Part shown: positions 9,970 through 19,224 of the stretch, in pieces
Layout of the letters: each line of letters opens with the position of its first letter
Position numbering within the stretch: the first letter of the stretch is position 1
Origin: an uncultured bacterium
Lineage (GTDB): Bacteria > Patescibacteriota > Minisyncoccia > UBA6257 > GWB1-50-10
Assembly: GCA_903827975.1 (NCBI GenBank)
Contig: CAIKKG010000024.1
Location: 523-64,522 of the forward strand
Length of the DNA: 64,000 nt
Reading direction: 5' to 3'
Made by a program: the position numbers and the translations under genes
The notes under the pieces: generated by a model
What the model was told of the DNA's origin: nothing
Database searches by the model: none
Seen by the model: the letters and a program-made list of their open reading frames with translations, nothing else

Positions 9970-10548
9970 TTATACGAAAACCCTGATTCCACTAAGCCTA
10001 TCCTCGATTGCATCCATCTCAAAGGCAAAAAGTGCGCACTCGTGGCCGAAATCAGATGAGAAGTTTGGGTCCACCCATATCATAAAAATCTTCCTGCGAA
10101 TCCGCACAAAAAACACATTGATAGACTCCTTATGGTCTGGGTCAGTAAGCAAAATCTTATTATTTGCCTCTTTTTCCCTGCTATCATGGTCAAATATTGC
10201 TAGAAACAGCCCGGCAAAGTCATCTGGAGTAAGAATATTCCCAGGCTTCATCCCAAGCTTCGAAAGATGTAGGAGCGCCTCGCGGTCACTCATATCTTTA
10301 GCGTAATCGAGACTATGAAGTGAGCCACTGACTTTCGGAATAACTGAGCTAATATATGGGATAATTGACTCCCTGAACGAGCGCATCGGCATAATTCCAG
10401 CCAGCAAAAAAGCCTCTTTTGACTGTTCAGTGGTAGAAATCTCGTGTTCGATGACATTCTTAAAAAAATAAGTACTACTCCCAGGTTGTGCAGTGGATTT
10501 TCTTACCCCACTTATATCACAAGACTTCTTTCTACTTTTTTTTGTCAT
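9970..10548 (-). CDS. Hypothetical protein of 192 aa, the first gene of a two-gene unit
   Basis: A strong GGAGGTG RBS precedes the ATG. The protein is soluble and has no recognisable motifs. Confidence 0.5.
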   Translation of the reverse strand: MTKKSRKKSCDISGVRKSTAQPGSSTYFFKNVIEHEISTTEQSKEAFLLAGIMPMRSFRESIIPYISSVIPKVSGSLHSLDYAKDMSDREALLHLSKLGMKPGNILTPDDFAGLFLAIFDHDSREKEANNKILLTDPDHKESINVFFVRIRRKIFMIWVDPNFSSDFGHECALFAFEMDAIEDRLSGIRVFV

Positions 10549-10639
10549 CTCACACCTCCAATGTGCACATCGACTCTAGACCGACGTGATTATTAATATT
10601 CTAAGCGCATTCTGATACAAACAATAAACCTTGTCAAAG

Positions 10640-10672
10640 TAAAAACCCCCAGGATATGGGGGTTTTAATATT
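10640..10672 (-). terminator. Terminator downstream of tsaD
   Basis: AAAAACCCCCAGGATATGGGGGTTTT hairpin. Confidence 0.6.
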
Positions 10673-10822
10673 TAATTGAGCGCGTTACGCACTCAGCTTT
10701 GTCTTGCTATGCAAGTTATATGTGACCGAATATGTTTAAGGACTGAACTTATAATAGCATAATCAAACTACATTTATATGCCTACCCTGTGGATAAGAAA
10801 ATGAGCCTCAATTTATTGAGGA

Positions 10823-11860
10823 TTAGAGCGAGATATTGGCGTTTGCGGATATCCGTCTATTCTTTTTTCTTAGATGACTCATGTATCCCGCAACTCCAAT
10901 CATTGCAGCATTGTCAGTGTTGTATTCGAATGATGGAGCGAAAAATTTAATTTTTAATTCTTTTGCTTTATTAGAAAGCACACCGCGTAATGCGGAGTTA
11001 GCCGCTACACCACCTGAGAGAAGAATTGATTTTGCTCCGAACTCTTGGGCGGCTCGTTCTGCTTTTTTTGCCAATGTCTCAACGGCAGCAGTTTGGAAAC
11101 TTGCAGCGACATCATTTATATTCGCGTCTTTGTGATCCCTAAGATAATAGAGAACGGAGGTTTTTAGACCTGAAAAGCTAAAATCGTAGTCTTTTGAGTG
11201 CATGAGTGGGCGAGGAAACTCAATTGCCTTAGAATTTCCCAGTTTTGCGTGCTTTTCTATCTCAGGACCACCTGGATACTGAAAACCCAGCATTCTTGCT
11301 ACCTTATCGAAGGCCTCGCCAACAGCATCATCACGTGTCTCACCTAACTTTTTCCACTTTGAAAGGGAATCTACCCTTAGAAGCATTGTATGGCCGCCAC
11401 TAACAACAACCGCAATTGCCGGAAATATAGACTTAAGTCCGGAAATGGAAAATTGCTGATTCTTATCCTTATTTGCAAGTAAAAAGCTGTATAAATGCCC
11501 CTCCATGTGGTTTACACCTATAAGCTCTGCTTTGGGAAAGCTATTTTTTCTAACCTCCTTAGAGAATCCAACGCCAGTCCATAGTGCTGGCTCAAGACCA
11601 GGACCCACAGTAACGGCTACAATATCGGGTAGTTTTTTCCCTAAAGTCTTTTTTATCTCATCAAAAAGTATTGGAAGGTTTATTAAGTGTTCTCTTTTTG
11701 CAATATTTGGTACAACACCACCAAACGGACGGTGAAGTTCGATTTGCGAAGAGACTAGATTACTCAAAATCTTAAACTTGGGCGCTGAAAGTCCTCCAGT
11801 CGCCTCTACAACCGCGAGTGCTGTCTCATCACACGAAGTTTCTATAGACAAAATCCTCAT
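10823..11860 (-). CDS. tsaD: tRNA N6-adenosine threonylcarbamoyltransferase (Kae1/TsaD family)
   Basis: The 345-aa protein starts MRILSIETSCDETALAVVE and has the ASKH-fold motifs and metal-binding His residues (HMEGH). Confidence 0.9.
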   Translation of the reverse strand: MRILSIETSCDETALAVVEATGGLSAPKFKILSNLVSSQIELHRPFGGVVPNIAKREHLINLPILFDEIKKTLGKKLPDIVAVTVGPGLEPALWTGVGFSKEVRKNSFPKAELIGVNHMEGHLYSFLLANKDKNQQFSISGLKSIFPAIAVVVSGGHTMLLRVDSLSKWKKLGETRDDAVGEAFDKVARMLGFQYPGGPEIEKHAKLGNSKAIEFPRPLMHSKDYDFSFSGLKTSVLYYLRDHKDANINDVAASFQTAAVETLAKKAERAAQEFGAKSILLSGGVAANSALRGVLSNKAKELKIKFFAPSFEYNTDNAAMIGVAGYMSHLRKKNRRISANANISL

Positions 11861-11901
11861 TGCGTTGATTATATGGGAATCCTGTAAATTATCAAAGAAA
11901 G

Positions 11902-13425
11902 TTGAATAAAGGGTTTCAGCGTTATACTATAGACTCAATGATACGAGTGTTTGAAATAATACCTGGAGCGCTCTCCTGGACGATACTTTTGACCCTTCTG
12001 CTTCTTTCTTGGAAGCTCCCTCTTTTTGTTTCTGTTTTTATAGTTCTTTTTGACCTCTACTGGTTTCTTAAGACCCTATACCTTTTCTTCCACCTTCGTT
12101 TTTCATTTTCAAAAATGTGGGCGAACATGAAGATTGATTGGTTTAAAAAACTAAGTTCTGACAATCTTGATTACGAAAAAATATATCACTTTGTCGTGCT
12201 CCCAATGTACAAGGAGCCATATGAGGTTGTTCGTGAAACATTTATAAATCTTTTAGATGTAAATTATCCGAAGGATAAAATGTTTGTTCTTCTTGCAACA
12301 GAAGAGAATGGTGGCACAGAGTCAAAAGAAACTGCTGAGAAAATTAAAAAAGAGTTTGGAAATAAATTTAAGGGCTTCCTTATAACAGAACACGTTCTTG
12401 ATCCTATAACAGAGGCTGCTGGAAAAGGGTCAAACGAGGCATATGGCGTACGTGTAGCAATGAGGGAGATGATAGAACCATCTGGCATTCCTATAGAAAA
12501 TATTATTGTTTCTGTTTTTGATGTTGATACTCACGCTGGCACGGAATACTTCGGAATTCTAACTCACTCATTTCTTACAACTCCGAATCCTCACCGCTCA
12601 AGTTATCAGCCGATTCCTATATTTACAAAGAATATTTATGACGTCCCGGTTGTTGTACGACTTATTTCGTTTAGCTGTACGTTCTGGCAACTCATGCAAC
12701 AGGCGCGTCCTGAGCAATTAGTCTCGTTCTCATCTCATAGTGTTCCCTTAAAAGAACTTGTTGAGATTGGCTACTGGCGAACAACAATTGTTTCTGAAGA
12801 TTCTCAAATTTTTTACCAGTTTTACAACCACTTCAATTCTGACTGGCGCGTAGTTCCTTTGTTCTATCCAACATATATGGATGCTGTTGTTGGCGAGACA
12901 ACCTGGGAAGCTATGAAGAACCTCTATAAACAGCAGCGTCGTTGGGCGTGGGGAATTGAGAACTTTGTTTATGCAATGTCATTTTTTGCAAAAAATAAAT
13001 TAATCAGCGCTCGCACTAAAGCGTATTGGACATTTAAACTTGTTGACGGGTTTACCTCGTGGGCCACAAGTTCGTTTATCATTTTCTTTTTTGGTGTCTT
13101 ACCAAATGTTATTGGCGGTGCGGAATTTCACACATCAATTACGTCTTATAACCTACCCAGAATAACTGGTATTATTGTTAAATTGAGTACTTTCGGTATT
13201 ATCACATCCTCATTTTTAAGTATTATGCTTCTTCCGCCACATCCACGTGAAGGGAAGTTGAAGTGGTACCGCATATTCTTCTACATTGCACAGTGGGCTC
13301 TAATTCCTGTTACATTTATATTTTTCAGCGCTATTCCAGCTCTTGAGGCACAGACACGCATGTTACTTGGTGGAAAATTCAAACTTGGTTTCTGGGTAAC
13401 ACCAAAAACAACGAGAAAGAAATAG
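11902..13425 (+). CDS. Family-2 glycosyltransferase, a processive membrane beta-glycosyltransferase of the cellulose/chitin-synthase type
   Basis: There are N-terminal TM helices, a DxD motif (FDVDTH), a QxxRW motif (QQRRWAWG) and C-terminal TM helices. Confidence 0.75.
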   Translation: MNKGFQRYTIDSMIRVFEIIPGALSWTILLTLLLLSWKLPLFVSVFIVLFDLYWFLKTLYLFFHLRFSFSKMWANMKIDWFKKLSSDNLDYEKIYHFVVLPMYKEPYEVVRETFINLLDVNYPKDKMFVLLATEENGGTESKETAEKIKKEFGNKFKGFLITEHVLDPITEAAGKGSNEAYGVRVAMREMIEPSGIPIENIIVSVFDVDTHAGTEYFGILTHSFLTTPNPHRSSYQPIPIFTKNIYDVPVVVRLISFSCTFWQLMQQARPEQLVSFSSHSVPLKELVEIGYWRTTIVSEDSQIFYQFYNHFNSDWRVVPLFYPTYMDAVVGETTWEAMKNLYKQQRRWAWGIENFVYAMSFFAKNKLISARTKAYWTFKLVDGFTSWATSSFIIFFFGVLPNVIGGAEFHTSITSYNLPRITGIIVKLSTFGIITSSFLSIMLLPPHPREGKLKWYRIFFYIAQWALIPVTFIFFSAIPALEAQTRMLLGGKFKLGFWVTPKTTRKK

Positions 13426-13463
13426 ATTCGTTTAGGGTCTTTTTCTGTGTCATACTCATATAA

Positions 13464-13994
13464 ATGAAGGATTTTGTTTCTGAAGCAATTGTACTTGGGA
13501 TTCAACCGTCTAAGGAACACGATAGGATTGTTTCGCTTTTTACAAAAAAACACGGGAGAATTCAGGCTCGTGTTGCTGGTGGTGCGAGACTGCTTTCTAA
13601 GTTTGCACTACACCTAGACCCAATAAATCTTGTATTTATTCGTGTTGCTCACAAAAATAAATTTACAATAACCGACGCGCTCACCTCAGATAGATTTGTA
13701 TCTACGCGCGAAGGACAATCATTTGGAAATGCTCTAAAGGTACTTGGGCTTGTTCGCGTGCTTGCTCCAGAGGGTGAGGCAGACATGAGGCTTTGGCATG
13801 ATCTGCTAGATGCATTTTCAAGCGGGAATGTTAATCCAAATCATTTTTTAAATCTTTTCGGATATGATTCCGAGCTCGGTGCGTGTGATTCGTGTAATGA
13901 GAAGGAGGTCTCATATTTTTCGATAAAAACACACGAGCTTTTATGTGTCACATGCAGTACAAAGCTACCTGAAAATGCGTTATTATTACTCTAA
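13464..13994 (+). CDS. recO: DNA repair protein RecO, short form
   Basis: An N-terminal OB-fold region (EAIVLGIQPSKEHDRIVSLFTKKHGRI) is followed by a C-terminal Cys4 zinc finger (CDSC...CVTC). Confidence 0.6.
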   Translation: MKDFVSEAIVLGIQPSKEHDRIVSLFTKKHGRIQARVAGGARLLSKFALHLDPINLVFIRVAHKNKFTITDALTSDRFVSTREGQSFGNALKVLGLVRVLAPEGEADMRLWHDLLDAFSSGNVNPNHFLNLFGYDSELGACDSCNEKEVSYFSIKTHELLCVTCSTKLPENALLLL

Positions 13995-13997
13995 TAT

Positions 13998-15800
13998 ATG
14001 TCACTTAATAAATTTAAAAAGTTTTTCAAAAAAGAATTTGTTGATGAGGATGAGGAATACGAAGATGATAAATCCTATAAACGATTTAAAAAAATAGTTT
14101 TAGGCCTAGTTTCATTTTTTGGTCTTGTGATAGTAGGGGCGGGCATTGTCCTGTACCTAGTTCTTTTTGGTGCTGGTTCACATCGAGTAGATATAACAAT
14201 TTCTACACCAGAGGAAATAACAGCCGGCGTTCCGTTTGATGTTGTTGCAACAATTTCGAATCGCCAGGATGTCGCGGTTAGTGATGCAAAAATTAGCATA
14301 GACATTCCGCAGGACCTGATATATCTTGGCATTTCAAATGGAAATACAGCAACCGATGCTATTGGGGACATAGGCGCGACAAGTTTTATAAAACACACTT
14401 TTAAGGTTGTCTCGGTTGGTGCGGTTAATTCATCACAAAAAATTATTTTAAATGTCTCTTATATCTCTGGTGGAAGTTCGCGTTTTAAGGTTGAGTCAAG
14501 CAAAACAATCTCAACAAAAAATTCTCCGGTTACTTTAGAGACTAAGATTTTGGGCAATGTAATACGCGGCTCTGCCTTTGAATTAGAAATTAAATATAAA
14601 AACCTAACCTCTTTTGACTTCCCTGATGTTGCGCTCCAGATAAATTATCCAGATGCTTTTAGTTATGAATCCTCATCGATTCCGCCTGAGGTTGCTAATA
14701 ATTATTGGAGGCTAGGTAAATTAAAGGGTGGTGAGGCTGGGGCTATAAAAATAAAAGGTACATACACTGGCCCAGGCGAGACAGCACTTGAAATTCCGGC
14801 CACTTTTTATGCGCAGTTTTCCGGAAAAGACTATCTGATTGCTGATTCTAAAACATCAGCAACCCCGTCTCCATCTCCTGTTAATTTAACAATACTTGTT
14901 AATAATCAGGAAAATTATGTTGCTAGGGTTGGAGATAAGATAACCATAACAATTCACTATGAAAACAAAAGTGGAATCGCGCTCTCAAACGTTGTTTTAA
15001 AAGCTAATATAGATGGCTCAATGATAGATGTTGGAACACTTGATACCAATGCTCGCGTTGATACAACAAATAACTGGATGACTTGGGACTCTTCAAATGT
15101 TCCACAGTTTAATCTTTTGGATGCTGGGGCGGTAGGGAATATGACCGCATCAGTAAGAATAAAAAATCTATATCCAATAAGAAATGTTGGAGATAAAAAT
15201 TTTGCCGTCCATGTTTCTGCAAAGTTAGAATCACCGACTGTTCCATATTATGTCTCATCTTCAAAAACAACATCTGCAATAAGTGAGAATATAAAGATTG
15301 CCGGGCTCACAACAATAACGCCTCAATTATTTTTCCGAGATGAGGGAATAGATTCCGTAAATGCTGGTGCATTCCCTCCGCAGGTTGGGATGCCAACAGA
15401 GTATACAGTTCACTGGATTATCAGGAATTTTTCTACCGATGCTAAAAATGTAAAAATCAGCGCGAGCCTTGGGTCTGGTGTTGAATTTGTTGAATCGATA
15501 CTAAGCACTACAAGTGAATCGCCTACATACGACTCATCAAGCGGCGAGATTGTGTGGAATATAGAAAAGATACCGGCGACTCGTGGTGTAATCGGAAATC
15601 CTGTTGAAGCAATATTTAGAGTTCATGCAACACCAAAAACAAAAAATATCGGACAGTTCATGGAGATACTTGGAGAATCTATTTTAAAAGCAACCGATGA
15701 CTTTACTGGGCTCGAACTTGATGCGCGTGGACCTGGACTTACTACAGCCTTAACAGATGATAGGACCGTTGGCGCTGACGGAGGAAGAGTAATTCAATAG
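13998..15800 (+). CDS. Hypothetical membrane-anchored surface protein with repeated beta-rich domains
   Basis: The 600-aa protein has a basic N-terminus and one TM helix, then a long extracytoplasmic region of repeated Ig-like or DUF11-like segments. Confidence 0.55.
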   Translation: MSLNKFKKFFKKEFVDEDEEYEDDKSYKRFKKIVLGLVSFFGLVIVGAGIVLYLVLFGAGSHRVDITISTPEEITAGVPFDVVATISNRQDVAVSDAKISIDIPQDLIYLGISNGNTATDAIGDIGATSFIKHTFKVVSVGAVNSSQKIILNVSYISGGSSRFKVESSKTISTKNSPVTLETKILGNVIRGSAFELEIKYKNLTSFDFPDVALQINYPDAFSYESSSIPPEVANNYWRLGKLKGGEAGAIKIKGTYTGPGETALEIPATFYAQFSGKDYLIADSKTSATPSPSPVNLTILVNNQENYVARVGDKITITIHYENKSGIALSNVVLKANIDGSMIDVGTLDTNARVDTTNNWMTWDSSNVPQFNLLDAGAVGNMTASVRIKNLYPIRNVGDKNFAVHVSAKLESPTVPYYVSSSKTTSAISENIKIAGLTTITPQLFFRDEGIDSVNAGAFPPQVGMPTEYTVHWIIRNFSTDAKNVKISASLGSGVEFVESILSTTSESPTYDSSSGEIVWNIEKIPATRGVIGNPVEAIFRVHATPKTKNIGQFMEILGESILKATDDFTGLELDARGPGLTTALTDDRTVGADGGRVIQ

Positions 15801-15930
15801 CACTCGACTATTTAAATATATTAGCGTATTATTTTTTTGTTTGATAAGCTCTTTAAAAACTGGCTGACTTGATGCGAGCCATATTCAAATACGCATCTAT
15901 TATCGCCCTACTATGGGCAAAGGAGAAAGT

Positions 15931-16467
15931 ATGAGGTGTTTTACAGTTGAGAATGGCGAACTAAAAAATGGCATTGCCGTTGATGGTTCGTCCTTTACGG
16001 GCGAGTGCTTGTGTCTCGGTTCATGTTGCGAAAAGGGTCACCTGGCCGTAATGCCATTTTTCTACCCCAACCCGCCAACAATTTCTGAGGACGAGCTTGG
16101 TAAGTATTTTTTCTACGACGCACACCCAGTGATGCCTAAAGGCTCAGAGTTCTTTGCAATTGCAAAACCAAACAACCCGATAGACTCACGCATTTTAGTT
16201 CGATTATCGCACTATGAATGCAGGGTGATGTCTGGTTCCTCAACTGAGGTTGGTTTCGGCTTTGCTGTGGTCGGTGAAAAAGCGTCCGACTATTTTTATG
16301 AGTCGATGAGGATTCTAACCCCTGGAACGGTTCTGTTCCTTAGGGAGCAGTGTGTCTCTTCTGCTGATACGCTTGTCCTTGTTGCTGGCACAAGAGAGGC
16401 CAGCTTCATGAAGCTTCAGGAATTTGTAGAGAAAGTTGTAGAGTATGAGGATTCAACTGATAATTAA
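15931..16467 (+). CDS. Hypothetical Cys-rich protein encoded by a GC-elevated gene
   Basis: An AAAGGAG RBS sits 7 nt before the internal ATG (MRCF...). The N-terminus is Cys-rich (CLCLGSCCEKGH), GC is about 47% and the gene has its own terminator. Confidence 0.5.
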   Translation: MRCFTVENGELKNGIAVDGSSFTGECLCLGSCCEKGHLAVMPFFYPNPPTISEDELGKYFFYDAHPVMPKGSEFFAIAKPNNPIDSRILVRLSHYECRVMSGSSTEVGFGFAVVGEKASDYFYESMRILTPGTVLFLREQCVSSADTLVLVAGTREASFMKLQEFVEKVVEYEDSTDN

Positions 16468-16489
16468 TACAACAACCCACACATTATTA

Positions 16490-16514
16490 ACGCCCCGGAA
16501 ACGGGGCTTTTTAT
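16490..16514 (+). terminator. Rho-independent terminator
   Basis: CGCCCCGGAAACGGGGCTTTTTATTT. Confidence 0.7.
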
Positions 16515-16562
16515 TTACTGCTTAGCTTTGCGAACCCAAAATATTGTAGTAGATTTAGGTAT

Positions 16563-17900
16563 ATGGATATTTTCGAAAAAATCACATCTCTAGCCAAAAG
16601 GCGGGGTTTTATTTATCAGGGGTCTGAGATATATGGAGGTCTTGCTGGTACCTGGGATTACGGACCACTTGGTGCAGAGTTGAAGAGAAATATTAAAAAT
16701 GAATACTGGAAAACAATGGTCCAGCTAAGGGACGATGTTGTCGGTATTGATGCGGCAATAATAATGAATCCAAAAGTCTGGGAGGCATCTGGCCACACAG
16801 AATCTTTTGCTGATCCACTATCCGAGTGTAAAAAGTGTCATCATAGATTTCGTGCGGATAATATTATTCCCGAGGAACTTTTCACTTCTGAAAATTTTAA
16901 AATTGCTGATTACAAGTGCCCAGACTGTGGTGGTGAACTAACCGAACCAAAACGTTTCAGTACGCTCGTCGAAACATATCTTGGAGTAATTGAAGGAGAA
17001 AAATTAAAAACATATTTACGTGGGGAAATTACACAGGGCGTTCATGTTAACTTCAAAAATGTTTTAAGTTCTTCGCGCGTAAAAATTCCTTTTGGTGTCG
17101 CACAGATTGGAAAAGCTTTTCGAAATGAAATAACTCCGGGGGATCTAACATTCCGCTCGCGTGAATTTGAGCAGATGGAATTACAGTTTTATGTTAAACC
17201 AGAAGACGAGGAGTCTATGAAGTGGTTTGAATTTTGGAAAGAAGCGCGCCGACAATGGTATCTCTCGCTCGGAATGCGCGCGGAAAACCTTCAGTTCAAA
17301 AAGCATGTTAAACTCGCACATTATGCGAAAGCTGCGTTTGATATTGAATACCACGCAAGAGATGAGTGGTGGGAAATGGAAGGTATTCACCACAGGGGTA
17401 CTTGGGATCTTTCGCGCCATGAACAGTTTTCAAAACAAGACCTTACATATTTTGACGAAGAGACAAAGGAGCGCTACACACCAATGGTCATAGAGACCTC
17501 AGGTGGAGTTGATCGCGCAACACTTTTCTTCCTGATGGACGCATACAGAGAGGAGGAGGTAAAGGAGGGCGACGTCAGAACCGTTTTGAAACTACATCCG
17601 AAACTTGCGCCAATGAAGGCGGCGGTCTTCCCACTTCTCGCAAACAAACCTGAGTTAGTAGCGAAGGCTCGCTCTGTTTATGAAGATTTGAAAAAAGATT
17701 GGATGATTGCGTGGGATGAGCGTGGAAATATTGGAAAGAGGTACCGCTCACAGGATGAGGCTGGAACCCCTTATTGCATTACCGTTGATTTTGAAACATT
17801 GGAAAATGAAACAGTAACGATTCGCGATAGAGACACAATGGAGCAAAAAAGAGTAAAGATATCAGATATTCACGACTTCATTAGATCTAAATTGGTGTAA
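16563..17900 (+). CDS. glyQS: Glycine--tRNA ligase, the dimeric class II form
   Basis: The 445-aa protein starts MDIFEKITSLAKRRGFIYQGSEIYGGLAGTWDYGPLG and has class II motifs plus a Cys-rich insertion. Confidence 0.9.
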   Translation: MDIFEKITSLAKRRGFIYQGSEIYGGLAGTWDYGPLGAELKRNIKNEYWKTMVQLRDDVVGIDAAIIMNPKVWEASGHTESFADPLSECKKCHHRFRADNIIPEELFTSENFKIADYKCPDCGGELTEPKRFSTLVETYLGVIEGEKLKTYLRGEITQGVHVNFKNVLSSSRVKIPFGVAQIGKAFRNEITPGDLTFRSREFEQMELQFYVKPEDEESMKWFEFWKEARRQWYLSLGMRAENLQFKKHVKLAHYAKAAFDIEYHARDEWWEMEGIHHRGTWDLSRHEQFSKQDLTYFDEETKERYTPMVIETSGGVDRATLFFLMDAYREEEVKEGDVRTVLKLHPKLAPMKAAVFPLLANKPELVAKARSVYEDLKKDWMIAWDERGNIGKRYRSQDEAGTPYCITVDFETLENETVTIRDRDTMEQKRVKISDIHDFIRSKLV

Positions 17901-17956
17901 CTATTCACGTTACACTCAGAATTACATAAAATGTTTCTACATAAACATTTTTTAAC

Positions 17957-17975
17957 AAGCTGGTAGTGCGATGAA
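17957..17975 (+). repeat. Copy A of the conserved intergenic motif AAGCTGGTAGTGCGATGAA, preceded by the imperfect palindrome AAATGTTT-CTACAT-AAACATTT
   Basis: The same 19-mer occurs at 27243 and 27362. Confidence 0.6.
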
Positions 17976-17998
17976 TGCTAGACTTTATAAATAAAGAT

Positions 17999-18038
17999 AA
18001 AAAATCCGCCCTTTTCTTGAAGTGGCGGATTTTTATTT
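17999..18038. terminator. Bidirectional terminator between convergent glyQS and hsp20
   Basis: AAAAAATCCGCC-CTTTTCTTGAAGT-GGCGGATTTTTATTT. Confidence 0.7.
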
Positions 18039-18044
18039 GGTTTT

Positions 18045-18509
18045 TTAACCTTCTTTTACTTTTACCTTTTTTGCCTTACTTCTGTTCATCTTTGGCATCC
18101 TTATTGTTAGAACCCCGTTCTTAACAACTGCTGTAGATTTCTCTGGGTCAACCTCAACTGGGAGCATTACCGATCTGGAGAACCTTCCCCAGAAACACTC
18201 CTGATAAAAATAATCTTTTTCTTCAATTTTTTCCGACTTCTCTCGCTCTCCCCTAACTGAAACAGACTCATTTGTTATATGAATATCCAAATCCTCTGGA
18301 CTTACGCCGGCAACAGTAGACTGAACAATGACATCGTCGCCGTCTTGATAGACGTCGATGGTTAACTGCCCCTCAGTCTCATCATCGTTTATCTCATCCT
18401 CATCGGATTCACTTGTTGGCTTAATTTCTTTTTCAATTGTTATTTTCATGGGCTCGCTTTTTACCTTTGCTAACTCCACAAAAATATCTTCGTAGTTTTT
18501 ATCCTCCAT
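18045..18509 (-). CDS. Hsp20/alpha-crystallin family small heat-shock protein
   Basis: The 154-aa protein has an alpha-crystallin domain with the C-terminal VKNGVLTIRMPK motif. Confidence 0.8.
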   Translation of the reverse strand: MEDKNYEDIFVELAKVKSEPMKITIEKEIKPTSESDEDEINDDETEGQLTIDVYQDGDDVIVQSTVAGVSPEDLDIHITNESVSVRGEREKSEKIEEKDYFYQECFWGRFSRSVMLPVEVDPEKSTAVVKNGVLTIRMPKMNRSKAKKVKVKEG

Positions 18510-18516
18510 ATCTGTA

Positions 18517-19224
18517 TTATATCACAATATCTTTTAACTTCTCAAAATCTGAAAAAACAAAGAATGAGACGCCCACAAGAAATAATGTCGGTATAAGTAT
18601 TGAAACATCCTGAAACTGACTTACAAGATAGTTGAAAATACTATGAACTATAACTGCGATTGATATACCGATAATAATAAAGTGGCTTCTATTTTGAGAT
18701 ATTATTCCCTTTGCCCAATAATATCCTATTATTGCCGAGGCTAGTGTGTGCAAAAGAGTCGCACCAACAAGGCGTAATGATATCATCTGTCCAACCTCCA
18801 TGAAATCGACATTACCAACAGACTTCATCAGTGAGGCTACGATAAATATATTTTCAACGGTTGCAAAACCGAGGCCTGCAACAATCATATAAATCATTGC
18901 ATCGACTGGTTCATCAAAATCTGGATTCCCATTAACAAGGGCATACGTACCAAAAAATTTCAGGGTCTCTTCTATTGCCGCATATATGAAAATTGAACCT
19001 AGTAATATGGAGTTTGAATTTGGTGTTACCATCTGCACTAAAATCTGTAATAAAAGTGCTGGCGCGCTTACTATCATACCAATAAGAAAGGTTCTTATAA
19101 TTAACATTACCGGCTCTGGATTCTCATCTTCATGAAGAAAAAATGCCAGCCAGATTATCGCAGGTGAAAGTGCTATTCCTATTATTGTCAGCACCTGAAT
19201 TATTAATGCTTGAGCGGTTACCAT
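18517..19224 (-). CDS. PrsW-family intramembrane metalloprotease
   Basis: The 235-aa polytopic protein has the EExxK motif (AAIEETLKF), FxxxH and a conserved His (ATLLHTL; VIVHSIFN). Confidence 0.55.
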   Translation of the reverse strand: MVTAQALIIQVLTIIGIALSPAIIWLAFFLHEDENPEPVMLIIRTFLIGMIVSAPALLLQILVQMVTPNSNSILLGSIFIYAAIEETLKFFGTYALVNGNPDFDEPVDAMIYMIVAGLGFATVENIFIVASLMKSVGNVDFMEVGQMISLRLVGATLLHTLASAIIGYYWAKGIISQNRSHFIIIGISIAVIVHSIFNYLVSQFQDVSILIPTLFLVGVSFFVFSDFEKLKDIVI

